DNA of 38,724 nucleotides. It comes from a virus (lineage: Duplodnaviria; Caudoviricetes). Each line of letters opens with the position of its first letter. The stretch's first letter is position 1. The notes beneath the pieces are model-generated. The model made no database searches. It worked only from the letters and a program-made list of their open reading frames with translations, and was not told where the DNA came from. Shown here piece after piece: positions 1 through 8,056 of the stretch. The position numbers and the translations under genes are program-made. The DNA is taken from positions 1 through 38,724 of the IMG/VR virus record IMGVR_UViG_3300025277_000055; one strand, 5' to 3'.

Positions 1-972
1 GTATGTAGCAAGGTTTGTGACCTGTTCTTCTGACAGTTCATCCTTGAAGCACTCGTTTGCCTGCATTTTCTCTACGAGCGCAGAGTGATCATTGATCCCA
101 AAATCCTTGACCAGCTTGTGCTTTCCTTTGTCAAGAATGTCCTCGGGAGTGACAACTTTGGCGTAGTTCTCAACGTAATCGTTGAAAGCAACTGCCGCCT
201 CAAAGCCAACGAATCCAGAGGACAGGTTGAACAGTGTAGCACTAGCACCGTCATCGAGCAGTTTAGTGCGGCTCAACACGGTACTAAGCCGGTCCCAGGA
301 ACGACGGGAAGGATATACCTTATTGGGCTCAAAGTCGGTTGTATGTTCAAGATGATTGCGATTGTTGTTCACAAAATCCCATACTGTAACAGCAACACGG
401 TCCTTTGCCCAATCAAGCCAATCTTCTACAGTGGGTTCTACATCATAGACAGTCCAGCGATCAATCTCTGCCGGGTCCATTTCGCCAACCTGATACTGTT
501 CGCCATGCTCACCACCATTGATAGCAGCGCACACAACTGTGCCAGAGTGAAGGCGATTCCCATTGAGAGTACGACTGTCAGTAAGCTGGAAGATGCCCTG
601 GCGGACCTCTGGCGTAGCACGGTCAACTTCGTCGAGGAACAGGACGCAGGGGTTATCACATGCAAACTGAAACCAATCAGGAGGACAGAAGGAAGTAACA
701 TCGCCGTCTGTCTTAGGCAGGCCGATCAGATCGCCCTCTGTCATTTGAGAGGCGCGGCGCTCGATTACCCGATAACCAGGCAGATCGGTCTTGTCGTCGC
801 GCACTACGATACGTTTGCCATCCCAAGCCAGCTTCTCAGCAGTCTGATACACTACCTGTGACTTGCCAATGCCGTGCCTTCCGCGCAGCATAATGGGATA
901 GATTTTACTGTCTTGTTCCCCCGTGATAACGTGGGGAGCAACTGTTGAAAATGTTTTGAAATCAATCGCCAT
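1..972 (-). CDS. MoxR-like AAA+ ATPase, runs off the left edge
   Basis: Not in ORF track; translated by hand from ATG 972: MAIDFKTF..., Walker A GRHGIGKS, Walker B VLFLDEVDR, AAIN sensor, PSRRSW motif; open frame to position 1. Confidence 0.85.
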   Translation of the reverse strand, partial: MAIDFKTFSTVAPHVITGEQDSKIYPIMLRGRHGIGKSQVVYQTAEKLAWDGKRIVVRDDKTDLPGYRVIERRASQMTEGDLIGLPKTDGDVTSFCPPDWFQFACDNPCVLFLDEVDRATPEVRQGIFQLTDSRTLNGNRLHSGTVVCAAINGGEHGEQYQVGEMDPAEIDRWTVYDVEPTVEDWLDWAKDRVAVTVWDFVNNNRNHLEHTTDFEPNKVYPSRRSWDRLSTVLSRTKLLDDGASATLFNLSSGFVGFEAAVAFNDYVENYAKVVTPEDILDKGKHKLVKDFGINDHSALVEKMQANECFKDELSEEQVTNLATY

Positions 973-1005
973 TTAGTTTTCCTCTTTCTCGATTGTTGTG
1001 CTACC

Positions 1006-1034
1006 AGTATAGCAAATGTTTTTGTGATTGTCAA
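1006..1034 (-). promoter_or_regulatory. sigma70-type promoter TTGACA-17-TATACT, extended -10
   Basis: tgtcaa 1029-1034 and agtata 1006-1011 on +, 17-nt spacer, upstream of the ATPase. Confidence 0.8.
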
Positions 1035-1130
1035 GTATTTTCTTTCTCAATGATTTCAATGACTTGCGGTTCCTTCTATTATAAGTAGTTGATTTCACTG
1101 GATAAAAAACTTTCGGTTGATAAAATGTTA

Positions 1131-1877
1131 CTAGGCTGCTACCTGTTCTTCTGCTTCTAAGAGAGCCTTTGCTTCCTCAAGACGACGCTCGACATAGTAG
1201 TGACCTTCCTCTTTCAAGTTATTGCGAAAACGCCTTATCATGTCTTTGCCTGGTTCATCAAACCAACCATCAGGAGGCTCCACTGTATCTGAGGATACAG
1301 CAATATCATACTCATACCTCATTTGTTCATTGTAAGATAAATCGGGGTGATAGGGCATGGGGATCTCCAAGTTGGTATACCCATAGCGATCTTTGACCTG
1401 CATTTTTACAACAAAACAGTTGGTGCCGTAATAGTTCTTTTTGTTCTGGTGATCAATCCTGTCCCATGCAATATGAGTTATGACCCCCGCGGCTGGAACA
1501 ACATTATAGTTTTCATCATAGTATTCGGGAATATGAATGAGAGCACCGATTCCAAGTCCAGACGCCTTGATGTGTTCATACGCGATGGCGCGGTATACAA
1601 TGGAAAGATCAATCTCACTTTCGAGATGTCCTTTTATTGCTTCACAGGTTGTGACATTGTGACCTTCTGTGCCACAGTAGCTACAGGAGCGCGTTTTCTT
1701 TCTCTTTTGTTCTTCGTCATAACGTTTGACGTTATAGCTATCGGGATCATCTGCGCGTTGTTTTTCAATGTTCCCTGCTCTGTCAGGGCATTTGGTTCTA
1801 TTGTGCCCTCTTGTCCAACAATAGCTGCAAGTTACGGTACGAACGTAGTTCCCCTCTTCATCTCTATACCATGTCAT
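1131..1877 (-). CDS. Protein with two CCHC zinc knuckles and an SH3-like C-terminal half
   Basis: CSYCWTRGHNRTKC and CSYCGTEGHNVTTC; LGIGALI...GVI resembles the array motif. Confidence 0.7.
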   Translation of the reverse strand: MTWYRDEEGNYVRTVTCSYCWTRGHNRTKCPDRAGNIEKQRADDPDSYNVKRYDEEQKRKKTRSCSYCGTEGHNVTTCEAIKGHLESEIDLSIVYRAIAYEHIKASGLGIGALIHIPEYYDENYNVVPAAGVITHIAWDRIDHQNKKNYYGTNCFVVKMQVKDRYGYTNLEIPMPYHPDLSYNEQMRYEYDIAVSSDTVEPPDGWFDEPGKDMIRRFRNNLKEEGHYYVERRLEEAKALLEAEEQVAA

Positions 1878-1914
1878 TTAGATCCTCTCTCTCTCATTTT
1901 TTGAACGTGCTCCC

Positions 1915-1943
1915 ATTATAGCACGGTCGGTTGCGATTGTCAA
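1915..1943 (-). promoter_or_regulatory. sigma70-type promoter TTGACA-17-TATAAT, extended -10
   Basis: Perfect consensus hexamers, 17-nt spacer, TGc before -10. Confidence 0.85.
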
Positions 1944-1956
1944 GAAAAATATTTCC

Positions 1957-2187
1957 TCAATGATTTCCGGTACTTACCACGCTGATGTTCGGTGGAGCAT
2001 CCGGGTTGCAAGGAAATGTTTTGTGTTCTCCGTCTGTTGTGATTATGGTAATGTATTCTGCTTTGTCATATTGTCTAGCGAACTTGTCTATAACGATGCC
2101 ACAAAAGTCTTTTCTAAAGAGATCAAGAAACTCAACACTGAGTTTGTATCCCTTGTAATCTATCTTTACAAGATCACCGACCTTCAT
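1957..2187 (-). CDS. Small KOW/SH3-like array protein
   Basis: MKVGDLV start, GIV motif. Confidence 0.75.
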   Translation of the reverse strand: MKVGDLVKIDYKGYKLSVEFLDLFRKDFCGIVIDKFARQYDKAEYITIITTDGEHKTFPCNPDAPPNISVVSTGNH

Positions 2188-2395
2188 TTATGATCTCGGG
2201 ACTATCTTCTTCTGAGATCCAGGCATATTCACCATCAGTCCACATTGTCCAATACCTGATTACGTCCTGCTCTGGCGCGCCCCGCACATACACCTTCTCA
2301 ATCTTACAAATAATCCCTACACTTGATGGTCCTCCGCACTCCCCAGGACGCGTCCGCGCGTAATCCAAGATCTGTATTAGATCACCGACTTTCAC
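2174..2395 (-). CDS. Small KOW/SH3-like array protein
   Basis: MKVGDLI...GII...W...EIINEGR. Confidence 0.75.
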   Translation of the reverse strand: MKVGDLIQILDYARTRPGECGGPSSVGIICKIEKVYVRGAPEQDVIRYWTMWTDGEYAWISEEDSPEIINEGR

Positions 2396-2606
2396 TTATA
2401 ATCTCCAAGCTCCATGCACCCCACCACATTTCGTCATTTTCAGGGAGATGATACGGATTATTATCTTTGGACAGCCACCTGACCAGGCACTCATATCTCA
2501 AATCTGGATGGCATTTTTCTGCGCGGGTAGACTTTACTTTTTGTAGTATGATGCCAACCCAATCTTTTCTTCGATTCTTCTTTGATACTAAATCACCGAC
2601 TTTCAT
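2382..2606 (-). CDS. Small KOW/SH3-like array protein
   Basis: MKVGDLV...GII...VRW...LEIISESR. Confidence 0.75.
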   Translation of the reverse strand: MKVGDLVSKKNRRKDWVGIILQKVKSTRAEKCHPDLRYECLVRWLSKDNNPYHLPENDEMWWGAWSLEIISESR

Positions 2607-2766
2607 TGATAACTTCCAAATATTCTACGCTAATCCAACGGGGGTTGCCACGGGCTTCTTCGGGCCTCAGAAAGTGAACCCGAATCGTGCATTCACCTCC
2701 CTCAACCACAAGACCGATATTTTGGTCTGCCAGCATTGTACATTTTACCAAGTCACCGACTTTCAT
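2593..2766 (-). CDS. Small KOW/SH3-like array protein, 57 aa, not in ORF track
   Basis: Hand translation MKVGDLVKCTMLADQNIGLVV...LEVINESR. Confidence 0.75.
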   Translation of the reverse strand: MKVGDLVKCTMLADQNIGLVVEGGECTIRVHFLRPEEARGNPRWISVEYLEVINESR

Positions 2767-2947
2767 TTATGACCTCCAACTTCCAATGCCATGCTGGAAG
2801 CCCTATCACGCCTTTGTTGGACAAAAGAGTGTAATGGATCAAATCATCACCCTCGTCGATGCTGCCAAGATATACACACAGCCCAATCTTCGTGCCTGGA
2901 TCTATCATCCTGCCAGCCACCGGGTTTACTAGATCACCGACTTGCAC
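2753..2947 (-). CDS. Small KOW/SH3-like array protein
   Basis: MQVGDLV...LEVINESR. Confidence 0.75.
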   Translation of the reverse strand: MQVGDLVNPVAGRMIDPGTKIGLCVYLGSIDEGDDLIHYTLLSNKGVIGLPAWHWKLEVINESR

Positions 2948-3128
2948 TTACGACCTCCAGACAGTCGCCACCCAAACGATGATACGCCACAGGATTTTCA
3001 TACCTTACGACTATATCACCAAGATGGTCAAACTTCACAACCATGCCTAGTTTTCCACGCAGGACTGCGCCAATGTAGGTGTTGACCACCAGATCTCCAA
3101 TCTTGAAGTTTTTCTTAGGAACCTTCAC
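2934..3128 (-). CDS. Small KOW/SH3-like array protein
   Basis: FKIGDLV...GMVV...LEVVSASR. Confidence 0.75.
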   Translation of the reverse strand: MKVPKKNFKIGDLVVNTYIGAVLRGKLGMVVKFDHLGDIVVRYENPVAYHRLGGDCLEVVSASR

Positions 3129-3408
3129 TTATAACCTCCAACGATCCGCAACCTTCCCATGAGGGCTTGTCGTTGCCATTCCACAAAACGTGGGTGTCGC
3201 CCCATGCTGGCTCGAATGCAGGCCCAACAGTGTCAATGGTTGCGACTACCAACCCTTGTATCTTGTTTCCCTCTGCTGACAGAGCTTCTACCATATCGCC
3301 AACGCGAACCTTGTCGAAGTATGACATCTTTGTCCAGTTGTGTGCCTCACGCCTCTTCTGATATTCGAGCCACTTCTCACGTGACCTTTTCATTGCTCCG
3401 CTTGGCAT
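3115..3408 (-). CDS. KOW/SH3-like array protein with basic N-terminal extension
   Basis: Start moved to ATG 3408, downstream of the promoter; VRVGDMV...GLVV...VLW...LEVISEGS. Confidence 0.7.
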   Translation of the reverse strand: MPSGAMKRSREKWLEYQKRREAHNWTKMSYFDKVRVGDMVEALSAEGNKIQGLVVATIDTVGPAFEPAWGDTHVLWNGNDKPSWEGCGSLEVISEGS

Positions 3409-3439
3409 TTTCTCTCTCTTTCTCGATTGTTGTGTTCCC

Positions 3440-3468
3440 ATTATATCAAATATATTCGCGGTTGTCAA
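3440..3468 (-). promoter_or_regulatory. sigma70-type promoter TTGACA-17-TATAAT
   Basis: Perfect consensus; TGA stop of the upstream gene lies inside TTGACA. Confidence 0.85.
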
Positions 3469-3713
3469 GTATTTTTTTTGCGCTCGTTATGTTCCCGTAA
3501 TCGTTGAACATTTTTGATTGTCGCCTGCACGACATGATCTTTGATCGTAGCCAACGAAGGAGAATCAGTACAGATATTGCTCCAGTTGATAAAATAGTAG
3601 TGAGGGTTCTCGTCTAGGATAATGCCCAGGCCAAAATCTTCACACCTCACAATCTCTCCAGTCATCCCGCCTACGCTGGCAGGATTATAAACAACTAAAT
3701 CACCGATTTTCAC
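3465..3713 (-). CDS. Small KOW/SH3-like array protein
   Basis: MKIGDLV...GII...INW. Confidence 0.75.
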   Translation of the reverse strand: MKIGDLVVYNPASVGGMTGEIVRCEDFGLGIILDENPHYYFINWSNICTDSPSLATIKDHVVQATIKNVQRLREHNERKKNT

Positions 3714-3900
3714 TTATGACCTCCAATCTGTGAGTTGGAACGATTCTTTTCTTCGCCCCTCCATCAAATACGTGTGTCCAGCCGATTTCGGGCTGGAGAG
3801 CCCAAACCAGGAGGAGTGTGCGTTCGCGCCAGAGCTTCACCATTTGACTATTGTCGCCCGTTGTGGTGTTTTTGACTCTTACTAAATCACCGACTTTCAC
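3700..3900 (-). CDS. Small KOW/SH3-like array protein
   Basis: Start moved to GTG 3900 (MKVGDLV) with GGAGG RBS; ends LEVISENR. Confidence 0.75.
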   Translation of the reverse strand: MKVGDLVRVKNTTTGDNSQMVKLWRERTLLLVWALQPEIGWTHVFDGGAKKRIVPTHRLEVISENR

Positions 3901-4072
3901 TGATGACCTCCAGCGAACCAGCAGAAACAACAAGGCGAGTGTTGTCTGTGACAATGCGATGTTGGGGTTCTGCGGAGCCCGCTATCACATCTGTTTCTAG
4001 GACTACGCCTAGCACTCTCTCTGGACAAGAGCGAGCGCCATAAACCCAATAAACCAAATCACCGACTTGCAC
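3887..4072 (-). CDS. Small KOW/SH3-like array protein
   Basis: MQVGDLV...GVV...LEVISESR. Confidence 0.75.
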   Translation of the reverse strand: MQVGDLVYWVYGARSCPERVLGVVLETDVIAGSAEPQHRIVTDNTRLVVSAGSLEVISESR

Positions 4073-4220
4073 TTATGACCTCCACTCTTCTGGTTCGCCA
4101 TATTATCTTGCCCCACGATACCGCAACTTCAACCATACGTGGGTCGCCATGAGGCTTATCGCATAATATAATACCACAGTGCCCGTTGTCTCTGTGTCTT
4201 ACTAAATCACCGACTTTCAC
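4059..4220 (-). CDS. Small KOW/SH3-like array protein
   Basis: Start moved to GTG 4220; MKVGDLV...GII...VEVISASR. Confidence 0.75.
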   Translation of the reverse strand: MKVGDLVRHRDNGHCGIILCDKPHGDPRMVEVAVSWGKIIWRTRRVEVISASR

Positions 4221-4362
4221 TGACAACCTCGCAATCAGAAGCAACTAGCCAACAGATGTTCCCGTTGTCGTTGACAGCTTTTACAGTCCCGCCAGCATCA
4301 TTGATATGTAAAACCACACTAATACAACCCGTCACATACTTTACCAAATCACCGACTTTCAC
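4207..4362 (-). CDS. Small KOW/SH3-like array protein, 51 aa, not in ORF track
   Basis: Hand translation MKVGDLVKYVTGCISVV...CEVVSESR. Confidence 0.7.
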   Translation of the reverse strand: MKVGDLVKYVTGCISVVLHINDAGGTVKAVNDNGNICWLVASDCEVVSESR

Positions 4363-4528
4363 TTAGCAACTCCAACTGGCTACAGGGCAAAGAGGTAGGT
4401 TGACCATCCCAAAAAACTTCAGCGCGTCTAAGAGACTCATGAATACTGTTGTCAGTGATTCTCAAGAATATTCCAACGTCGTCGTCATCGACGTACCATT
4501 TTATCTTTACGAGATCACCGCGTTTCAT
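4349..4528 (-). CDS. Small KOW/SH3-like array protein
   Basis: Start moved to ATG 4528; MKRGDLV...GIF...VFW...LELLSESR. Confidence 0.75.
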   Translation of the reverse strand: MKRGDLVKIKWYVDDDDVGIFLRITDNSIHESLRRAEVFWDGQPTSLPCSQLELLSESR

Positions 4529-4555
4529 TTTCTCTCTCATTTTGAATACGTCCCC

Positions 4556-4584
4556 ATTATAGCACGCTGGATGTCGGTTGTCAA
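4556..4584 (-). promoter_or_regulatory. sigma70-type promoter TTGACA-17-TATAAT, extended -10
   Basis: Perfect consensus followed by leader ttcaaaatgagagagaaaATG. Confidence 0.85.
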
Positions 4585-4610
4585 GAAAAAAATTTCATCA
4601 ATGATTTCAA

Positions 4611-4802
4611 TTACTTGGCGAGTTTGATGTCTCTGATTCGCATGAAAAATGGCGTTTGATCGCCTACCCACAATACTTTATAGCCCATGTTGCCTGCTCC
4701 GGTCACCGCTGTTTCAAGAACTATGCCAACTCTGCATCTAAACCGCGCAAAACACTTGAGTTTGTTTCCATAGGGTGATAGTTGTACTAACTTACCTTTC
4801 AT
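4611..4802 (-). CDS. Small KOW/SH3-like array protein
   Basis: MKGKLVQLSPYG...GIV...VLW; similar to 8237..8503. Confidence 0.7.
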   Translation of the reverse strand: MKGKLVQLSPYGNKLKCFARFRCRVGIVLETAVTGAGNMGYKVLWVGDQTPFFMRIRDIKLAK

Positions 4803-4986
4803 TTATTTTATCCAGTTGATCTATCGACTCCCAACTTGGACCAGCTTTAGACCAGTTGACGCAACAATAGTCCTGTTTGCTATCAGACTCCACAACAATT
4901 CCGACTCCCCATTCGTCACCATGCAAAGCAATCTGTTCGGCAGTCCAACCATCGAAGTTCATCGCCACTAAATCACCTACTCGCAC
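4792..4986 (-). CDS. Small KOW/SH3-like array protein
   Basis: MRVGDLV...GIVV...VNW. Confidence 0.75.
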   Translation of the reverse strand: MRVGDLVAMNFDGWTAEQIALHGDEWGVGIVVESDSKQDYCCVNWSKAGPSWESIDQLDKINER

Positions 4987-5161
4987 TTAGAACCTCCCAA
5001 TAATCAACCAAGCCACACTTTTTCTCACCAGAGTTTAGCATAACTTTTATAGCATTATAATGTATACTCAGCACTATTCCTGTCTCGAAGGTATAATCTT
5101 TGCGGTCTTGTAGTCTCCACCACATAACATCCTTCATCTTTACTAGATCACCGGCTTTCAC
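4973..5161 (-). CDS. Small KOW/SH3-like array protein
   Basis: Start moved to GTG 5161; MKAGDLV...GIV...WEVLSASR. Confidence 0.75.
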   Translation of the reverse strand: MKAGDLVKMKDVMWWRLQDRKDYTFETGIVLSIHYNAIKVMLNSGEKKCGLVDYWEVLSASR

Positions 5162-5315
5162 TAACAACCTCCAGTTCGCCGTGATAGATCTCCACATCTT
5201 CGATTGCTCCCCATTTATCAAGCCATTTCACTAGAACTTCTCCACAATCTTTCACTTGTATAATCAAACCCAAATCACCTGAAGGGGTATGTTCCATCAA
5301 ATCACCGACTCTCAT
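5148..5315 (-). CDS. Small KOW/SH3-like array protein, 55 aa, not in ORF track
   Basis: Hand translation MRVGDLMEHTPSGDLGLII...VKW...LEVVSESR. Confidence 0.75.
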   Translation of the reverse strand: MRVGDLMEHTPSGDLGLIIQVKDCGEVLVKWLDKWGAIEDVEIYHGELEVVSESR

Positions 5316-5529
5316 TTTTTCCTTCCCATTCGTCTAAGATACCTACCTGCAATTCCCAGGCTTCTTCAATTTTGCCCTTTCCTGCGCGTAGTATCTCCAC
5401 AGTGCTACCTGATTTACCGTTTACACCCATTTTTTTGAAAGAAATGAGTAGTGCTGGTCCGTCATATTCACAGTGGTGCCCACAGTTATAACCTGCTGAC
5501 TGGTACCAAACTAGATCACCGGCTTTCAT
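5302..5529 (-). CDS. Small KOW/SH3-like array protein
   Basis: MKAGDLV...NESR. Confidence 0.7.
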   Translation of the reverse strand: MKAGDLVWYQSAGYNCGHHCEYDGPALLISFKKMGVNGKSGSTVEILRAGKGKIEEAWELQVGILDEWEGKNESR

Positions 5530-5767
5530 TTATAACCTCCACATCGCCTTCGTCTATATCTGACTGGTAAATATCCCACGGGCCTACATCAAAAATCACT
5601 TCCCAATAGGGAAGATTAATATTCTTCGAGGGCACAATCTTTTCAGACGTAACCAATCCGACACGACTACTATTCTGTGAACAAAGGAAACAACCGCATT
5701 TTTTGATTGGTTTGTTGCCAGTAATGGTTAGACACTCCCTGATCTTTATTAGATCACCTACTTTCAC
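5516..5767 (-). CDS. KOW/SH3-like array protein with Cys-rich insert
   Basis: MKVGDLI...CGCFLC...GLV...VEVINESR. Confidence 0.75.
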   Translation of the reverse strand: MKVGDLIKIRECLTITGNKPIKKCGCFLCSQNSSRVGLVTSEKIVPSKNINLPYWEVIFDVGPWDIYQSDIDEGDVEVINESR

Positions 5768-5963
5768 TTACAATCTCCAGACTCCAATCTACCCACCAGG
5801 CAGGGCCTTTCGGCTCGCACGCCCACTGAACCAAACAGTCCATCCCCGATGTGTGAGCGCCAAACTTCTGTTCCTCTGCCTCTCTTTGCTCTATTACCAA
5901 CCCAACCCAACCTGTGCGCCTGCCGCGTTTTGGACTTACCAAATCACCTATCCTTACTTTCAC
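5754..5963 (-). CDS. Small KOW/SH3-like array protein
   Basis: RIGDLVS...WVGLVI...CLVQW...WW..WSLEIVSESR; close paralog of 2382..2606. Confidence 0.75.
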   Translation of the reverse strand: MKVRIGDLVSPKRGRRTGWVGLVIEQREAEEQKFGAHTSGMDCLVQWACEPKGPAWWVDWSLEIVSESR

Positions 5964-6153
5964 TTATAATCTCCAACTCTTGCCAACGACAAGTTATATA
6001 CGTTGATCGGGGAAACTTTATAACCGCTGTTCCCATAGCTACATCTGGCGTAGGTTGTGTTAGTTTTGTTACAATGCCAACTACACCTTTTTCCACATAT
6101 CCCTGATTATCATCGAGATCAATGCGAGCCCTAACTAAATCACCGACTTTCAT
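5944..6153 (-). CDS. Small KOW/SH3-like array protein
   Basis: MKVGDLV...GIV...LEIISESKDR. Confidence 0.75.
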   Translation of the reverse strand: MKVGDLVRARIDLDDNQGYVEKGVVGIVTKLTQPTPDVAMGTAVIKFPRSTYITCRWQELEIISESKDR

Positions 6154-6178
6154 TTTCTCTCATTTTGAATGTGCGCCT

Positions 6179-6207
6179 ATTATAGCACGATCCAACGCGG
6201 TTGTCAA
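6179..6207 (-). promoter_or_regulatory. sigma70-type promoter TTGACA-17-TATAAT, extended -10
   Basis: Perfect consensus; upstream gene stop lies inside TTGACA. Confidence 0.85.
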
Positions 6208-6404
6208 GTATTTTTTTTCGCGGAGGTGCTTAGTACCTCAATGTCGTGAGCATAATATGGTTTTGCATCATTTTTACCAAAAAAGAAAACGATAGGATCA
6301 TCTTCAGGATCAAACCCTACTACAATGCCATTGCTCAAGGGTGTTTCATCTTCCCACGTTCTGATCGGGGCGTCTGGATAGTGTACTAAATCACCGACTT
6401 TCAC
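6204..6404 (-). CDS. Small KOW/SH3-like array protein
   Basis: MKVGDLV...GIVV...IEVLS. Confidence 0.75.
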   Translation of the reverse strand: MKVGDLVHYPDAPIRTWEDETPLSNGIVVGFDPEDDPIVFFFGKNDAKPYYAHDIEVLSTSAKKNT

Positions 6405-6567
6405 TTACAACCTCCAACTGCCTTTTGTTCGTTATAAACGATTCTGCGCCGGGACGACTGGCCCATTTGACAAACGCGTACATTGGATTTGTTCTGACGA
6501 TAATTCCAACCCCGTGACTCTCGCGATATTCCTTCCCGCGATACACTACCAAATCGCCAGCTTTCAT
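6391..6567 (-). CDS. Small KOW/SH3-like array protein, 58 aa, not in ORF track
   Basis: Hand translation MKAGDLVVYRG...GII...VKW...LEVVSESR. Confidence 0.75.
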   Translation of the reverse strand: MKAGDLVVYRGKEYRESHGVGIIVRTNPMYAFVKWASRPGAESFITNKRQLEVVSESR

Positions 6568-6568
6568 T

Positions 6569-6763
6569 TTACTCTTCCTCGATTACTACCAAAACAGAAC
6601 ACTCTTGACAGCGAGCAGTAGCCAGGTCGGACTCAATCGGACAGCCATCCGCTTCCATCGCGGTAACGCAGTCTCCATACTCGTCTAAAATCCAAGTCTC
6701 GTAGACCATAGCAGTCATGACAAACTCTTTATGATCGGGATTGTTAGGACATCGCAGTTTCAT
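6569..6763 (-). CDS. Small zinc-ribbon-like protein
   Basis: Start moved to ATG 6763; CPNNPDH and CQEC. Confidence 0.6.
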   Translation of the reverse strand: MKLRCPNNPDHKEFVMTAMVYETWILDEYGDCVTAMEADGCPIESDLATARCQECSVLVVIEEE

Positions 6764-6790
6764 TCTCTCTCTCATTTTGAATACGCCCCT

Positions 6791-6819
6791 ATTGTAGCAC
6801 GTTCACTGGCGGTTGTCAA
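6791..6819 (-). promoter_or_regulatory. sigma70-type promoter TTGACA-17-TACAAT, extended -10
   Basis: Same cassette as 4556 and 6179. Confidence 0.8.
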
Positions 6820-6828
6820 GTATTTTTT

Positions 6829-7350
6829 TCACACGATCTGATATTCTTTGTCGCCTCGGTACTTTCGGAACCAATCCGGCACCTTATCTGCTGGATAGCG
6901 TACTCTTGGTTTACTGGCATAGAATCTGCGATAAGATTCAATAATATTATCAGACCTAAACTCAGGTGGCATAGCCAATGGCAAGGTAGTTGGCTGATCG
7001 GTTGGGAACAAAGAGGAATCATACAACTCTAAACAATTGTCCAACACTGTCATGCACTTGTGAACCTTGCCAAAGCGTGAATGATATTCTTCTATCATTG
7101 ACATAGTGTGCTCGATGAGCGACTCGAAGTTCGCAGAAGAAGCTCTGACCCATTTGGTTGACGGGTGACTTTTATGTGTCGAACGATATGGCGCAACTTG
7201 CTCTCCGTGTTGCTCATTGAGAGTGGTGCACAACATCTGACAAGACTCTAGTATCATCTTGACGACTCGGTAGTTGTCTTGAGATTTCGCAGATTCTATC
7301 CAGTCGATCTCTCCCGTGTCAGTATTCCCTTCGATAGCAAATATATTCAT
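6829..7350 (-). CDS. Phage protein of the pyrimidine-dimer DNA glycosylase-like family
   Basis: MNIF...VVKMILESCQML...H..HP.TKW...LAMP...YR.FY pattern recognised from phage proteins with this annotation. Confidence 0.55.
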   Translation of the reverse strand: MNIFAIEGNTDTGEIDWIESAKSQDNYRVVKMILESCQMLCTTLNEQHGEQVAPYRSTHKSHPSTKWVRASSANFESLIEHTMSMIEEYHSRFGKVHKCMTVLDNCLELYDSSLFPTDQPTTLPLAMPPEFRSDNIIESYRRFYASKPRVRYPADKVPDWFRKYRGDKEYQIV

Positions 7351-7356
7351 GAGGAC

Positions 7357-7385
7357 ATATTATCACATTTATTGTCGGATGTCAA
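7357..7385 (-). promoter_or_regulatory. sigma70-type promoter TTGACA-17-TAATAT, probably leaderless transcript
   Basis: -10 ends 6 nt before ATG 7350; no RBS visible. Confidence 0.55.
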
Positions 7386-7678
7386 CTTTTTTTTCGGAGC
7401 TTTTCAGCAAATGGAATAAAAAGCATCACTGTGACACAGCCAAGCACAATACCATAAACCATACCCTGCATTGATGGATCTACTGCTGCTGCAATACCAT
7501 CAGAAAAGGCATTAGACCCTGTTGCTCCCACTACTGCCCCCAAGAATGGATTTGATTCTTTGCCTAGTTTCTCGGCTAACCACCCTTCAAAGTCTACGCC
7601 GAAGTACATCCCGAAGAGCACGATGCCATTATCCAACAGGCCAAACATCATACCATCTGGAATATAATCAAATATCAT
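7382..7678 (-). CDS. Small membrane protein, TMEM65-like
   Basis: Three Gly-rich hydrophobic segments; FGLLDN and N..SD motifs. Confidence 0.5.
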   Translation of the reverse strand: MIFDYIPDGMMFGLLDNGIVLFGMYFGVDFEGWLAEKLGKESNPFLGAVVGATGSNAFSDGIAAAVDPSMQGMVYGIVLGCVTVMLFIPFAEKLRKKS

Positions 7679-7854
7679 TTTCCCTCACTTATGATTTTAA
7701 GTTGATGACCCAAGAAAAGGAAAGCAGTCCTTTTGCCATGCAACAATATCCAGTATCTCTCTTGATAACTCTGCGTAATTGAAGTCCTGTCGATCTTCAT
7801 AATCAATCCATGTGAACCAACTGTTATACACTTTACAAGATCACCGACTTTCAC
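7675..7854 (-). CDS. Small KOW/SH3-like array protein, 59 aa, not in ORF track
   Basis: Hand translation MKVGDLVKCITVGSHGLI...LKIISEGK; ATGA overlap with next gene. Confidence 0.75.
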   Translation of the reverse strand: MKVGDLVKCITVGSHGLIMKIDRTSITQSYQERYWILLHGKRTAFLFLGHQLKIISEGK

Positions 7855-8056
7855 TTAGTACCTCGAACTCAGCCACTTCAAATCCTACTCTGACGAAACC
7901 AGTGTTGTGCCACATAACGTCACAAAGTTTCGCAGGTTTTTTGCTGCCTTCAGGAATCCCGCGATACACCTTGAGTACCAAAGCAATATCTTTCTCCGAA
8001 TCCAGCAACTTCCAATCACTAAATCTTACCAAGTCACCTTTCTTAACCCTCTTCAC
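7841..8056 (-). CDS. Small KOW/SH3-like array protein
   Basis: KKGDLV...VMW...FEVLSESR. Confidence 0.75.
   Translation of the reverse strand: MKRVKKGDLVRFSDWKLLDSEKDIALVLKVYRGIPEGSKKPAKLCDVMWHNTGFVRVGFEVAEFEVLSESR

Noticed and set aside
85-861. 258-aa plus-strand ORF
   Set aside because: Antisense shadow of the AAA+ ATPase, which has clear motifs and a promoter
852-1034. ORFs or extensions starting at the TTG of TTGACA (also the 3468, 31277 and similar starts)
   Set aside because: They begin inside promoter -35 boxes; better starts with RBS lie downstream
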